Shown: positions 25,885 through 38,981 of the stretch, one piece after another
Position numbering within the stretch: position 1 is the first letter of the stretch
Layout: the number at the start of each line of letters is the position of its first letter
NCBI GenBank assembly: GCA_973895155.1
Contig: OZ316899.1
Span: 11,657,775-11,721,774 of the forward strand
Length of the DNA stretch: 64,000 nt
From: Marsupella aquatica
Lineage: Eukaryota > Plantae > Marchantiophyta
Direction of reading: 5' to 3'
Translations under genes and position numbers: made by a program
The notes under the pieces: model-generated
Seen by the model: only the letters and a program-made list of their open reading frames with translations
What the model was told of the DNA's origin: nothing
Databases searched by the model: none

Positions 25885-26200
25885 TTTTTATTTTATTTTT
25901 CAATAAAACCCGCAAAACCCTACGGGAAAGGGGGCCAAAAGGCAACAATGAGACCCTCAAAAGGGAAGGCCAAAAGCCAAGGGAGTGAAAGACAAAGAGA
26001 AGCAACGCGAATAAACCAAACTACTTCTAGAACCAGCCTGCCCTGAGACCCTCAGAAGATGACGGTCTCACAACATAACCCCACGACTCTAGTTCTGCTA
26101 GCAGGTCACAGCCAGGGAACCCATCCAAGATGCAAGAACCAAGAAGGGTAGAAGCCCTAAGGCCAAGAGAGACTAAGAGAAGGAACTAAGTAACTAAAAA

Positions 26201-29200
26201 CTAAGATACTGAGAATCTAGCCGCCGGACGGGGAACCCATAGTAAGCATTCCTTAATAGTTTCCTCCTTAGTCCGCAGCAGCCGAGTACGCCGGTTACTG
26301 GGGCCAAAGTCCTCACACAGGCCATGAAGCTGGTCAATTATCTCCAAAAATATCCTAAGCAGGTCAAAGCTGCGCCTTCTACCATTATTGAAGACACTGT
26401 CATTTCGTGCTAGCCGCAGGTGCCAAAGAACTTGAAACACCATAAAGATTATCAATGAACGGGCAAGACTGTGTCCAGAGAAAGCGTCCATCAGAGCTTT
26501 CAGATCCGCAATAGGCCAAGTGATCAGATCCGGAAAAGTCTGGGCAACTAGTTCCCAAGCTTTGCGTGCAAACGTACATGTGAAAAAAATGTGTGGAATG
26601 GTCAAGCATAGAACTGCAAAGACCACAAGTACCATCACTTTTCCCCATTTTGGAAGCCCGGACGTTAGTGAAAAGGCCCTGCGCAATCACTCGCCATATA
26701 AAGGTGCGAGACTTTGTAGGGATATCAGAAGACCACAGTGAGTGCAAAAGGTGGCTCCATTCCCGGTCAGAAAGATGTAAGGACCAAATTCTATTAAGTC
26801 TGTTGAATTTGTTGCCCTTCATGCGAAGCAATTGATAAACCCTGGCATTGGGGAGAGCAAAGTGAGTCAATCTCTCCCTTTTGTCAGCCCAAATCCAGCC
26901 AGCAGCAGAAGTACCTGCTTCCCGAACATCAGTAATCCGCCTGATCTCTGTCACCAAAGAGATACACCTTGCTCCCAGTACAGGATCCAAACCTCTAATC
27001 CTATTGAACTTGTGTCAAAGCCTTCCAAAGGATTGCCGTCCCACCGTCTAAGGTCAGCGACCTTTCTCAGACCAATCCGGCCAAGAGTCCGAATTAACAT
27101 GCTTTTACTCTCTTCTGATAGATCCTGGAATCCTTCCAGACTCCGAACTATATCCTCAAAACTCCACCAAGAAGCAACAGCAACACCAACAGGTGAGAAT
27201 ATCAGATGAGTGCGGAGTACTTCCCAGGCTTTCCAAAGGTTGCTAGTGTAGCTCAGACCACTAAATGAATGGGGGTAGCAAAGTAAGAGCCGGTCCGAGA
27301 AAGAGTAGTCGTTCCTCCTTATAGTTTTCTGGTTGCGCCATTTGGCCATTTTCAGATTCTCATAGTAAAGCTTAGCCCAGTTTGAATCCGAGTGGTCCAA
27401 CGCCTTGTAAAACCATTGTACAAGGAAAGTATCAGAATGGCTCCAAAATTCCTTAAACCCCAGCCCCCCATCAATCTTAGGACGTGCCAGCATCTTCCAG
27501 GCCACTAAAGGGACCTTTCTCCCCCCAGCAGAGTTGTAACCCCAGAGGAAGTCACGACAGAGAGCCACCATCTTTCTAGCCAGGGCACTCAACAAATGCA
27601 GGAACATCATGTGGTATATGGGTACCGCTTGGAGAACATGCTTAACCAATATAGTCCTGCCTGTGAATGATAAAAACCTGGTGGACCACGTGGATAGCCT
27701 GGCTTTGATTTGATCCAGACAGAAAGAGTGAAGCTGTGAGACCTGAACCCCCCATCCAAGGGAGCCCCCAAATACTTCTGAATTTCTCCTTTCCGACTGA
27801 TGCTGCCTCTTGTCTCAACCAACCACTCAGGAATCTCGTGAAGTCCCAAAGGAATTACCGTCGACTTGCGCAGATTCAGTTTGGCATCCAAAGCCAGCTC
27901 GTAACACTCAATAGCTAGTCGGGCCCCATTGAAATCCTCCAGTGTAGCAGGAATGAACATACCAAGGTCATCAACAAAAAACTTGTAACAAATCGTCAAC
28001 AAAGCAGAAATTTGGATACCTCGCAGAGTGCCTTGAGCTAATTCTCCATCGAGAAAGTCCATGAAGGGTTGGGTTGAGAGTACAAACAACAGAGGCGATA
28101 ATGGGCAGCCTTGACGTACTCCCCGCAACATACTGATATCCTTAGAGAAAACACCATTAATGTGAATCTTAGAGCTAGCCCCGGTAACAAGTGAACGTAC
28201 CAGCCTGATGTAGTGGCTCCCCAGGCCTAGGAGGTGCATAGATTCCCAAATATAAGAATGATTAACCCGATCGAAGGCTTTCTCAAAACCGAGCTTGAGG
28301 AACAAGGATTCTTTTTGCTTGATTTTGACCCAATCCACTGTAAGCCACGCGGTTGAAATGTTCTCAAGAATGTGACATCCCGGGATGAATCCTGATTGCT
28401 GAGTGCTTATCAATTGGTTCAGCAGAGGTTTTAAGCGTCGGGCAAGGAGGTTAGCTATGATCTTGTATGTCGTATTGAGCATAGTGAGGGGCCGCCAGTC
28501 CTTCAATCGCCTTTTATCCGCCTTCTTAAGTATCAGCTTTATAATCCCCATTTTCACACTGCCCGCCAGTTCGCCTGTTCTCCAGAAAGCAAGGATCATG
28601 CTCAACAAGTCATCACTTATGAAGTCCCAACACTTCCGGAACACTTCAGCCGTTAACCCATCAGGCCCCGGCGCTTTATCAACCGGAAAGGACCATAGAG
28701 TATCTTTGACCTCCACCAATGATGGAGGTAGCTCGAGTTTTGCTAGTTCCGAGGTAGTCAGTGCCTTCCGTGTGTTGGAAAACAGCCGCTGCCTTGCAGC
28801 CTGAACCTCCCTCGACTCACTCCGTGTCTCTTCCTCGTGTGCCTCATATAATGTCAAGAATTGCTTTTCAATCTCCGCTAACATTAGGCTTTCCTGAGAG
28901 ATAGTCGTGCCATCGTCTAGTAGTAGCACCGACATTGTCTCCCTTGTTTGCTTCTGTTTAAGCATGGCAAAATAAAATTTAGACGGCTCATCGCCTTGTC
29001 CCAACCATTTGATACGTGAGAGACATCTGCCTTGCCTGGCCTCCTAATGCTCAGCAATCCTTACCTGATCCTTCGTGGTGGCAAAGTCTTTCAGATCGTC
29101 ATCGGAGAAGTTGTTTAGGAGTTCCAATTTCAAGGAGCGCAACCTCTCTCTGAGATCTTGAACTTCAATCTCTGTACCCAGAACCTCACGTTGGAGCCCC

Positions 29201-30125
29201 ATGTACTCCTGTCGCAATCTCCAGCAAGCACGATTAAACCTGAGATGCGGTTCGGAGGTATCGACATCCACTCTTTCCCAAGCAGATTTGAGCCGCTCTA
29301 TATTGGCTGCGTCTTTTAGGAGACCTGCATTTGCTTTGAAGTATGACGACTTTGGCATATTATTACAAGTGTCCGCTGCAGTGAGCCGGCATCTAAGAAT
29401 GCATGGATCATGGTCTGAAAGAGCCAAGCTCCCTTCATGTAGTAGTTCTTCGACACTTCCAGTCCACCATCCGCGCTCACTGAAATAGAATCTGTCGAGC
29501 CGTGATTGCAAATCTTCCCATTAATAATCCTTCTCTAGGTGAAATTTGCACCTATAAACTTGTGGCTAATGCTAATGGCATCCACTAAGTCAAAGCGCAT
29601 TTTCAGGAATCTCCAAAATTCTTCCTCACGCCCATAGATGAGGGGGGAAGAGCCAGTTGAATCTATACTCCTTTCGGTCATATTAAAGTCGCCATAAAGA
29701 ATCCAATTATCATGAGGCAACGAGGTCTTCAATTCATGCCAAAGCAACGCCCGCTCCCTGGCCATATTAGGAGCGTAAATACTTGCGAGACCAAATTTGC
29801 CTTCCTGGTGCTCCACTCTGACCCATACAACGTGGCCCTTATCAATGATCCCAGATTCAATTATCTTGAGTGAAGGATGCAGCAGTAAAGACGTGCCCCC
29901 GTGTCCCTCATCGGGAGCGGAGGAGAGATGTTGGTAGCTGGGCAAAATAGATCGTAAAGCTATGTCTAGTCTAAATTGATCTGCCTTGACTTCTTGTAAT
30001 GCAAGTGCTGTAAGTGGTATCTTCAGTGAGGAGAGCCAGTTCTTGACTACTTGTTTCCGGTTTGGGTCACAGAGACCTCATACATTCCAAGACACAAACG
30101 TGAGTAATGTACTCATCTTGTGCAT
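26201..30125 (-). pseudogene. LINE ORF2 (APE endonuclease, RT, zf-RVT), with several stops and frameshifts
   Basis: SWNV*GL, IYAPN, GDFN, SRLDRFY, SDH, KAPGPDG, WRPLTMLN, QSGFIPG, GVRQGCPLSP, FVDD, and a C-terminal CxxC. Confidence 0.93.
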
Positions 30126-30154
30126 TGGCAAGCCCGCTACAGGCCATCTCTTAT

Positions 30155-32629
30155 TCAGTGCAGAGAAACCGACCTAGAGCTGCTCGGAGAAAGGTTGTTC
30201 TCTGGGAGGGTTCGCCCAGCATCCCGGATCCGTCCGCCTCTTCCTTCCTGCTCCACCAGTTGTCGTTCATCATGCCAAGCCTGACCTTCCATGGAAAGAC
30301 GATCCCTGTATGGAGTTCGGGCAGACTCAGACTCAGTTGCCGCATATTGCAGAGATCTTACTTTCTTATTATCTTTCCTCAGATCATCTTTCCTCAGTGC
30401 CGAAGGAGGAGTTTCCTCAGTTCGCAGCTTCAGTTGGCTTTTGGTGATGTAGTCCTCGTATTCAGACATCTCAATGTCAGAGCCCCCTTGATAGGAGTGA
30501 TTCTCCTCCTCTCCGCTTCCAGCTTGTGCAGCTTCATATTCTTCAATCGCTGAGAGCTCTTTCACTCTCGCCGGACCTGAGCTTTGTGAGTGGCCAGGCT
30601 AAGCACCACGCTCCCTGCTGATGCCTTCAGGTCGATTAGTCACAAGCCTGTCCTCAGTGACCGCCAATGCAGGCCACGTAACCGGGTCCAGTTCCTGTTC
30701 TTGGGTATGGTTCGTGTTAACACTGTGTTCCTTTTGAGTTTGGTCATTTATGGCACTTACATGCACATGAGTCACCCGATTGACGGCTGAAAGCGACGAA
30801 ATCCTGAAAGGGGGGTGAGTTTGATTTTCATGTGCATGGCCCATGCCACTCAGTGTCCTCCGGTCTGATCTATTTGGGGACTCTGCGTGCCAACCTGCTT
30901 CAGCACTCCTCACCGTTTCCTGTGGTTCGTGGGTCTCCACACCAACTCTGAGCTCGCTCGCCTCCCTGATTGAAGATAGATGATCACCCCGCCTTGCTGA
31001 AAGCGGCACACCGAGTGTCCGCTCGCCCAACCTAGTAGCAGCGTCACCACCATCGCCAGAGTAGCTGTCGTGTTGGGGCTTATTAGTACTAGTGAAAGCC
31101 TTCGGATTGCCGCTATCCGGGATATCCGCCGTCATCGTGGCCTCCTGAGAGATATCGCCTGCCCGCGTGTGCTCACCAGTCTTTTGTGCCCCGTTGATTT
31201 CATGGCCTTTAGTAGTGTTCTCCCCCTGCTCAAAGGCTTTGTAGTCCCGAGCTAAGTGCCCCTTCTGGTTGCATTTGAAACAATGATATGGTATATTCTT
31301 GAATACTACTAGCTGCCAAATCGTGATGCCCTCGGTGATATCCACACCAACGCAATGGGGGACTTCCCTCCCTGTGTCCCAAAGTATACACGCCCTATCA
31401 TGGGGGAAGGAACTACGTTCGTCTCCCTGTATGTAATAGAGAACCTTCCCAAACGACTCGGCTATCCGTTTCCTGCATCCCTCTAGTACAAGCGCTCGGA
31501 ATGGTAGCTCAATCCATACGGGAAGCTTTGTGTAAGAGTCACTGCTGGCATCGAATGAGGGATCCCATGGGAAGGTAAAAACAAATTTCCGATCCATGAA
31601 GAAAGGGGCCAGCTCCAGTGCTGCATCCCTATGTTCTGAAAATTGAAACGTGATCACATAGAAATTCTTACCAGCAAATTTGAGTTGTGTAATTGGCCAG
31701 CCCAAGTCTCTAATGAACACTGATTCGGCCCATTCCCGGAAAGCTGGTAAAAGAGGGGGCCGGTCCGTGAAATAGCACATCATTGTGCAGTTGTACAATT
31801 CTGTAATGGAGAGGGTAGCCTCTTCAATGGACCACTGAATCCTGGTGTGAAGCGTGTTAGGCCAATCACCAGTGGAGCTAATGGCTATTTTCCTTAGCAT
31901 TTCCAAACATGTATCCGAAAGCTCTTTAGAGAACTCACCAGCCCCATTAGTGTTAGCATTTCGTGCTTCAGCTCCATTAGGATGCGGAAGGCTGGTGGGT
32001 TGCGTTTGTAGCTCCTCCTGTTGCACTGAATTAACGGCCTCATGCTGGGAAGCAATATAAGCAGCCTCATGCTGCAAGACGCTGGTTGCAGCAGGCCTAG
32101 ACACCGGCCGTCTCAATGAGTCAGTGGTATGCCATTGCGGAGCAGCCCCCGGAATTGAATCCCTGATGAACGCTCCCTCTCTCATAGACGCCTCAGGTCG
32201 CGAGGAAAATCTACTCTATAGTTCATGTTCCACTGCTTCCTCCGCTTCTTGTATATCTAGGTCCATCTGGTCCGCCCAAGACGGTCCAGAGCGTGGAATG
32301 AACCTTCTGCTACTAGGCCCGTGTCCTTTGTCAGTAGTTTCTTGACGCCCATCCGAGTTGTCAAATAGATCAAAAGGAGCAGACTTTGGTCCGTCCCGAG
32401 CATCTTGAAGAGAAAATCTAGAGTGAGGCGTCTCACTAGACCGTCTGGCTCCATCCTCCTCTATAATACGTCGAGCCTCCAAAGCGGAAGCAACCCGTCC
32501 CTCCTCTCTATTATTCATCGGATGATCCCAGTAAGAAGGACCCACAGCAAACGGAAAGGTCGAACCGCGCCCAGGGCCTCGACCATAGCCGGCACGCGAC
32601 AGGGGTCCCCTCCCACTAAAATGATCCAT
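30155..32629 (-). pseudogene. LINE ORF1 (DUF4283-like region and CCHC knuckle), two in-frame stops
   Basis: 32216-32629, 30599-32185 and 30155-30565 share one frame. Motifs PVWIELP and CFKCNQKGHLARD. Confidence 0.85.
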
Positions 32630-32942
32630 TTGTTAGTCAGATTCCTAGCTACCAATGATGTAATTGACCAAATGGATTGTCGAGGTTCAGTCCTGACTCA
32701 GAAGAATGCAGCCTGGTGCTGCTAGCAGAGTCCACTAATTCCAACAAAAATTGGTCCAAAACTACACTTGATTCGCCCCGTGTACCCAACTCCACTTCCT
32801 ATTGCTGTACAATGTCTTCCCGTATCAAAGCAACATCCAACGCAATCTACAGCAAGGTCCTTCTAGCCTGCTTCCAGCGCACGAGAAGTCTAATACAAGA
32901 GCAGTACGTACACAGGAAAGGGCCCACGAGAGGCAGGCAGCC

Positions 32943-35900
32943 TGTGATGCCTAGACAGGAATCACTCGGCCAGTTAAGTGGGTAAAGCAGGAATGCACCC
33001 TGGAAACACCTTAGTATAGGGACAAAACAAGGAAAATATAAACAATTAGGGGCGACTATGGAACCCGGGCCGAGGCCGGAGGTAAGGACGTTGGGGGTGA
33101 AAACTCAATTAGGGTTAGGGCGCGCTAAGCGTCGGCGGCTAGGAAGGATCAACGGGAGGAAGGACCGGAAGAGGAGAGGGGTAAGGAGCACTTGCAGGAG
33201 ATGGTGGCTCATTTGCGAGCACGAACTAGGCAGACGACTACGAGAGGCCAACTACTGTCAGCTGCTTAGGCAAGCACTCGGAGAGAGAGTAGATACCAAC
33301 GATCGACCTAAGGAGGGTATGAGCAACGTCAATCAAGCGACACATTTCTGGGGATGCCTGTTCGAACAGGCAACTGAGTACATCAAGACTTACGAGGACG
33401 AGGAATCAGAAAGGGCAGCTCGAGAACGACAGGAGCTCGCTCGATTGTGGGAGCTGCAGAAGACGGCTTTCTTAGGAGGCGAACTCATCAAGGACGAGTT
33501 CTTGTGGACTCCTACTTCCAATCAGCTCGACGATCTTCTATTTTGCGAAGACAGAATCATCGGCATTCGAGAGGCCATCAAGAACTGCAACGACATACAC
33601 TGGGAATTGAAGGGTAGCACGGAAAGGTGGACCCAGGCAACGGTGCTAGGAGAAACCTCCACGGCAGCAGAGATGAAGAGGAAGGGAGCCATCAACGATG
33701 AAGCCACCCCGACAAAAAGAACGAGGTCGGCGGCACCAAAGAAGCCAGCCGACCAGCAGAGCAGGAGGCAGGGAGAAGCCGAAGAGGAGGAGGTCGATCC
33801 CATCAATGCCATTCCAACTAGGGATGACACCTAGAAAGGCTGGGCGGCAACCCTACCGGTGGAGGTGCAACTACATTTTGCACGGGAGGAGGATGCATGC
33901 TTTACGGCCATGCAGACCACGAAGTACCAAGGCTTCATGGCCGGATCCGGCTTAGAGGCCTTTGTAAGATTACCATGGCTGAAGCTGGAGGTACCGGATT
34001 CAGACCTATTAGAATTCGTGGGGTCATGGGAACCCGAGACCAATTGCACGAGGATATATGGGAAGGATTTCTATCTTACTCCCAAGGTGATTGCCGAAGT
34101 GTTTGGCTTGCCGATAGGCAATAAGACCAAAGTTGATACCAGGAAGACCTTGCCTGACAAGGAGTTCCGGTCGTTCCCCGGGCCATCAACAAAGAATGGC
34201 TTCTTCCGGAACACCTGCACCAACCCACACATAGGAGAGATGATCGACTTCTTGCGGGTGACCATGCACTGTAACTTGCCGAGGGCAGAGATCGGCAAGG
34301 CACAGGTCTATCTGGCAGAGAGGCCAGACCCAAGCCGGGACTACAACGGGTACCTCCTCAACCAATTGAAGAAGATCTTAAAGGAGGAGCAGCAGGTAAT
34401 CGGCATGGGGAGCGTGTCGCGACTTGGCTATCACATGCCGCTGTTGTGCCGGTATGCCAGAGGACAGACCTTTGCCCCAGTACTTCCCCTGCAGGTAAGG
34501 GCACCCGAGGAAGCTCCAGCACCGAGGCCGGTAGCAGAGAAGCCTCAACCACCTGTTAGCCCTACGATCGAGCAGGTGTTTAGGCCAAGGAAGGAAGACT
34601 TGCCGATGCAGCAACCTGGCATGCAGAATCTGCTGAAACTACTGGAGAAAGAAAAGAGATCGGCATCGGCAACGACAACGGCAACGGCAACAATGCAGGA
34701 CACTACTCCAGAGGTAGGCCTACACCGGCTTACAAGGGAAAACCCTTTTACTGGAGACAAGGAGAGAATCAGGCCATAATCCAAGCCGGGTGTTCGAATG
34801 TACGTGGGAGTCTCAAGCTCTGAATCTGAGGCAAAATTGCCTGAAGCTCCTACCGACGAAGAGGAGAGGGAGAAGCCGGAAGTCCAAGAAGTAGAGGAGG
34901 CAGTGGAGGACTGCAGCCATGATAACTCCGGCTATGGGTCGGACCATCACGTTCCAGGAGTAAGGACCTGTGGCCGGTTTATCCCCACACTTCCAAGGGT
35001 AGTACGAGGGGACCCCAACCAGCAAAGTAGCCCTGAGTCTCCCCCACCAGATGTTGCTCCCCCGAGCTTTGACGGCATAAAACAGACGGCGCAGGAATTT
35101 CAGGAGCGAATCAGGCAGGCAGAGGAGGCAGCCCTGGCTAGGGAAAAGGATTTGCCAGGAGGAGATTGGCCAGAGGACATCAAGCGGCTAGCCAAAAAAG
35201 GAAGCAAACCTCTAGCCACGATTGAAGAGATCCGCAAGACGGCTTGGGAGCAGAGGCCGCGGTGGATGATGCCGATGACTTCTACTTCCTCCACCTATGG
35301 TAAAGATAGAGCCATGGAGTACGGGGAGATGTGTGGAGAACTGGCGCTCAGCATCCTTGGGGAGGAGTTGGAGCAGGGACCCTTTTTCCAGAGGGAGATG
35401 TTGGAGAAGCGCCAATTAGAAGAAGCGGTGGCCTTGGAAAGAAGCAAGAAGGACGAGGTCATCCGTCGGCTTAGGGAAAGGGAAGCCGAAATCAAGGACC
35501 TGAGGGTGGCCAAGAAAGCCCAAGATGAGCTGCGGATTAAGCGACATGAGCTAAATATCATGCAAGGCCAGTTGGATACCGCACAATCTGATAATCGGAT
35601 GATCGAGAATCTACTAACGCGGACCCAAGGAGAGTTGGCCGATACGATCAAAGAGAGGGAGAAGTGGAAACGAGAGCTGAGGAATGCAGAGGAGGCCCAC
35701 ATAACAGCCAACAACCGGGCCATGGCGGAGACCCAAAGAAAGGAATGGGCGTTGAAGGAGGAGCTCCAGAAAATCCGCGGAGCCCTTGAGCAGAAGGAGG
35801 CCGAGTTAGGGAAATCCTATCAAGGGATTATGGCGTTGTAGCAGGAGCTTGCGTCCCTGACGGCCAGCTTCAAGGCCGACCTACGGGAGAAGGACGAGAT

Positions 35901-37624
35901 GCTCGATCAAACTTACGCCAAGATGAACCAGATGGAGTCTGTCATCATTGCAGAGCTCGACAAGGAGCTAAGAGCAACCCGGGAGGAGAGGGCTACCACC
36001 AAGAGGGAATTGGAGGAAGCCAAAAACGAGCTACAAGAGGCGCGCAAGGACCTGGATGAGACCCAGGAGGAGTTGGAGGAAATCACGAGGAAGATGGAGA
36101 ACCTCTAGCGGCGGGCCGACAACCAAACAGAGCGGCTGAAGAAACAAGCCGCAGTGTTTAAGTGCTTGTCTTCATCAGGCCCAACTCCAATTGGGGCAAC
36201 CAAGTTACCAGGAGAGGTACTGGCCGAAGAACAAGCCGCGCCACCTGCACCAGTGCCGGAAGTAGGTGGGAAGGGGAAGGGACCAGCTGCCGAACCATAA
36301 AAGAAGAAGAAGCGGAAACCTTCAGGGTCAAGGAGTAATACGACTCCACAGGCCGTGGTGACCAAGGAGGTAGACCCAGCACCAACCTCTGGCATGAACA
36401 CGGCAATAGATCCCGCTATCACCAAAGGTGGGGATGGTGCGGCCCAAGCCGAACTACTCAGTAATGAGGCCGGTATCCCAGATCCGCCTCTTGAGCAGGC
36501 CGGGGAGACCGTAGCCGAGGCTGAGGCCGTAGCCGAGAATGATTCCCGAGCCGATGCCGATGCCGATGCCGATGGTGGACCCAATCAGTCCGATGGAGAG
36601 TTGACTCAATCAAGGGCAGGTAATCTGTCAGAAAACGAACCTACGGCAGTGGCTGAGGAGGAAGCGTTGGGGGCGTCCATTGAGGATCCACCACCGGTGT
36701 CGTGACGGTGCAAGGGCGCCGTTCCTTTTAGGAAGGGCGGACGTGGAGGGAGGAGGTGTGAGTGGGCAGGGCGGGCGCTGATCTCCAAGTTTAGGATTAG
36801 GATCAGGACCAGAAGCGGCCCTGACACTTAGCTTAGTGGGATTGCGGTTCCACTGGTAGGAGCAACACTTGTGCTCCTGCCTTGCTATACATAGGTAGAT
36901 CCGGGCAAGTAGATTACTGTTAGGTAGATTAGGCTTACGCTGCAAAGAATTAGGCGGATCCACTACCAGGATAAGTACCTGGGCAGCGGGGAGCTCAGGG
37001 CCTCTTCTTTAGCAAGTTTTTAGTTTGCACCAGCCGGGCTGGGATCAAGTAGTAAGAGAAGCTCTCGGTTAGTCATACAGTGACCCTTGTGTATATTCAT
37101 GTTTCCTCATGCCTAAGAGCCGAATAGAGTTGGCCTCACGGCTTAGTTCGCAGAGCTTGTGTATGAGATGTACTGTTTGTATGGCCAGTGCATGGTATGA
37201 CTTAGTCAGAAGGAGTCATTTTGCTATTTGTGTGTCGCATTAACTTGTGTGAAGAGTGCCCACATCAACTAATAGAGGAAGGAAAGTAAGCAGGGGAGTG
37301 AGAGTTGGATGTGTCGAGCTGAGAGAGGTCTTAGCGGCTTAACCAAGCCTATTGGGGATCATTCCGGCGGCGGAATCCAAACATACCTAACAAGACGGAG
37401 GGGAAGACAAGGGAAGGCCTAGATTAGGCCGGCTACGTATCTCATGACCCGATGAAGGATCTGTCCAGTATATGTGTGTAAAATGTTAATAGTAGTAGTA
37501 GAAGAAGGTTAGCAGCGTCCCATGCCGCTAAGCCGCGGAAACGGCCTCGCCAAGCGCGAAACCTGCGGGAATCGGCTTGAGCTGGGGGGTTTCTTGGGTT
37601 TAGGGAGCCATGGGACGCACCACA
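32943..37624 (+). mobile_element. Family-B solo LTR (4682 bp) inserted in the LINE 5' UTR
   Basis: TGTGATGC...GCACCACA termini (7/8 inverted match), flanks CAGCC/CATCC (5-bp TSD with 1 mismatch), no gag or pol inside, and 5' end matches the second copy ending at 2102. Confidence 0.85.
33058..36705 (+). pseudogene. Family-B LTR-encoded protein, up to ~1215 aa (start uncertain): conserved core, long coiled coil, acidic tail
   Basis: Five ORF-track pieces all lie in one frame, separated by stops at 33832, 34777, 35839, 36106 and 36298, with no frameshift. Confidence 0.88.
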
Positions 37625-38524
37625 CATCCATAGCCCGGACCTTCAAGAGCACCCCGTCCCCTCAGTTCTCTCAGTCCCTTCAGTTCAAATTCCAAAATCT
37701 GAACCAAGTACTAAGGAGATTGATTATTTAGTTTTACAATGTGAAGCCAAAGGGGTTTTAACTATGTACATTTTTATTGGTTGGTTTTTTCAAGCTTGCA
37801 AACAATTAAAAAATACAAGCATTTTGATATAAAACACTGATATTTCTTTGACAAACATCAAAATGGTTACTAAATGACATCTCCCTTTGTATTTTGGTTT
37901 TTTTACGTTCAATATTTATGGCATGGCGTCCAAAAAATTACGTTGCTTTTGCCACAAATAGGAATGTGCACGCTTGTTATTGTTAAAAGTATGATCATTC
38001 CTGTTTGTGGCTGGTTGTGATGATGTGGCGCAACCTCGTGACATGGAATTTGCAAGAGACCTCTCATGGGGTCCATAACTAGGTAGCCACAAGCTATGTG
38101 CAAGGGGGCACATAGTTTTGATACAACATTAAAAATATTTTCAAAGACATGCTAAAGGGAGGCCTGAGTACGAAAGTGCACAAACCAAATTGAACAACCC
38201 GAAAATTTTACAAGTTGCCACGCAACCTAGGCTCCGTCTAGACTAGGCGCCCTAACGCTTGTACTCCAGTGTCAGCTACCGAACACGGTTCTTTTCCCTC
38301 TTTTCCATGAAAGTCATCCTAGTACTATTGGCCAACTTCACCACCCCATCGCGCTTCTCCTTCTTTCCCGTGAAAGACATGCTTGTGAGCTTCGGAAACA
38401 GATCAGAGAGTAACAACTTTGCATAGGAACTCGCGGTCCATAGCGAACCGCTGTGACACCGATTGCAGTTTTGCCTCTTCTCTTGCAGGGCTAAGTGCAG
38501 AGTTGTTGGGGGGAATGTGCAGAT

Positions 38525-38734
38525 ATGGCAACATGCAATATGAAAGTGTCAACGAATGATTACCATTGTACGCAGGGTAGTTTCAATGCTGAAGGGATTG
38601 CACGCACCTCTAAAGTAGATCTTAATCCAAATTGCGGGCACCTTCCCAGTTCTGAGCTTAAGCGAGCGGAATCTTGTAAACCCGAGCTGAAACCTGAATG
38701 GCTGCAATCGAAGGACGCGACTAAGCGGAAGCGG
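38525..38734 (+). CDS. Host RING gene, coding exon 1
   Basis: ATG 38525 to ...TKRKR, then a GT donor. In phase with exon 2. Confidence 0.75.
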
Positions 38735-38914
38735 GTGCGTCTTCTGGCCTGCTCTTGCGTAGCGCATCTTGCCTGGCCATGTTCGATACGCCAATGTGTG
38801 TAATTTGCAGAGGTTGTGTCTCTGTAGAGTCGAATGCATTGTGTCGTCTTGGTGGGATTGTGTAGGATAGAACCATCATTTGGTCTATAATGTAATCCTC
38901 ACGCGCTAGTGCAG

Positions 38915-38981
38915 GTGAATCGAACCGCGAAGTTAAAACAGTGCAAACTCGACGCACGACGTGAGCAGTGGCTCTCTCAGG
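38915..38981 (+). CDS. Host RING gene, coding exon 2
   Basis: TGCAG acceptor, VNRTAKLKQCKLDARREQWLSQ (conserved N-terminal motif of plant NOT4-like RING proteins), GTGAG donor in phase 1. Confidence 0.88.

Larger units (their letters stand above)
25885..37704 (-). mobile_element. Full-length L1-clade LINE (~7.1 kb excluding the nested solo LTR)
   Basis: A-rich tail at 25885-25900, 16-bp TSD CAAGTACTAAGGAGAT (25869-25884 and 37705-37720), ORF1 and ORF2. Confidence 0.93.
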
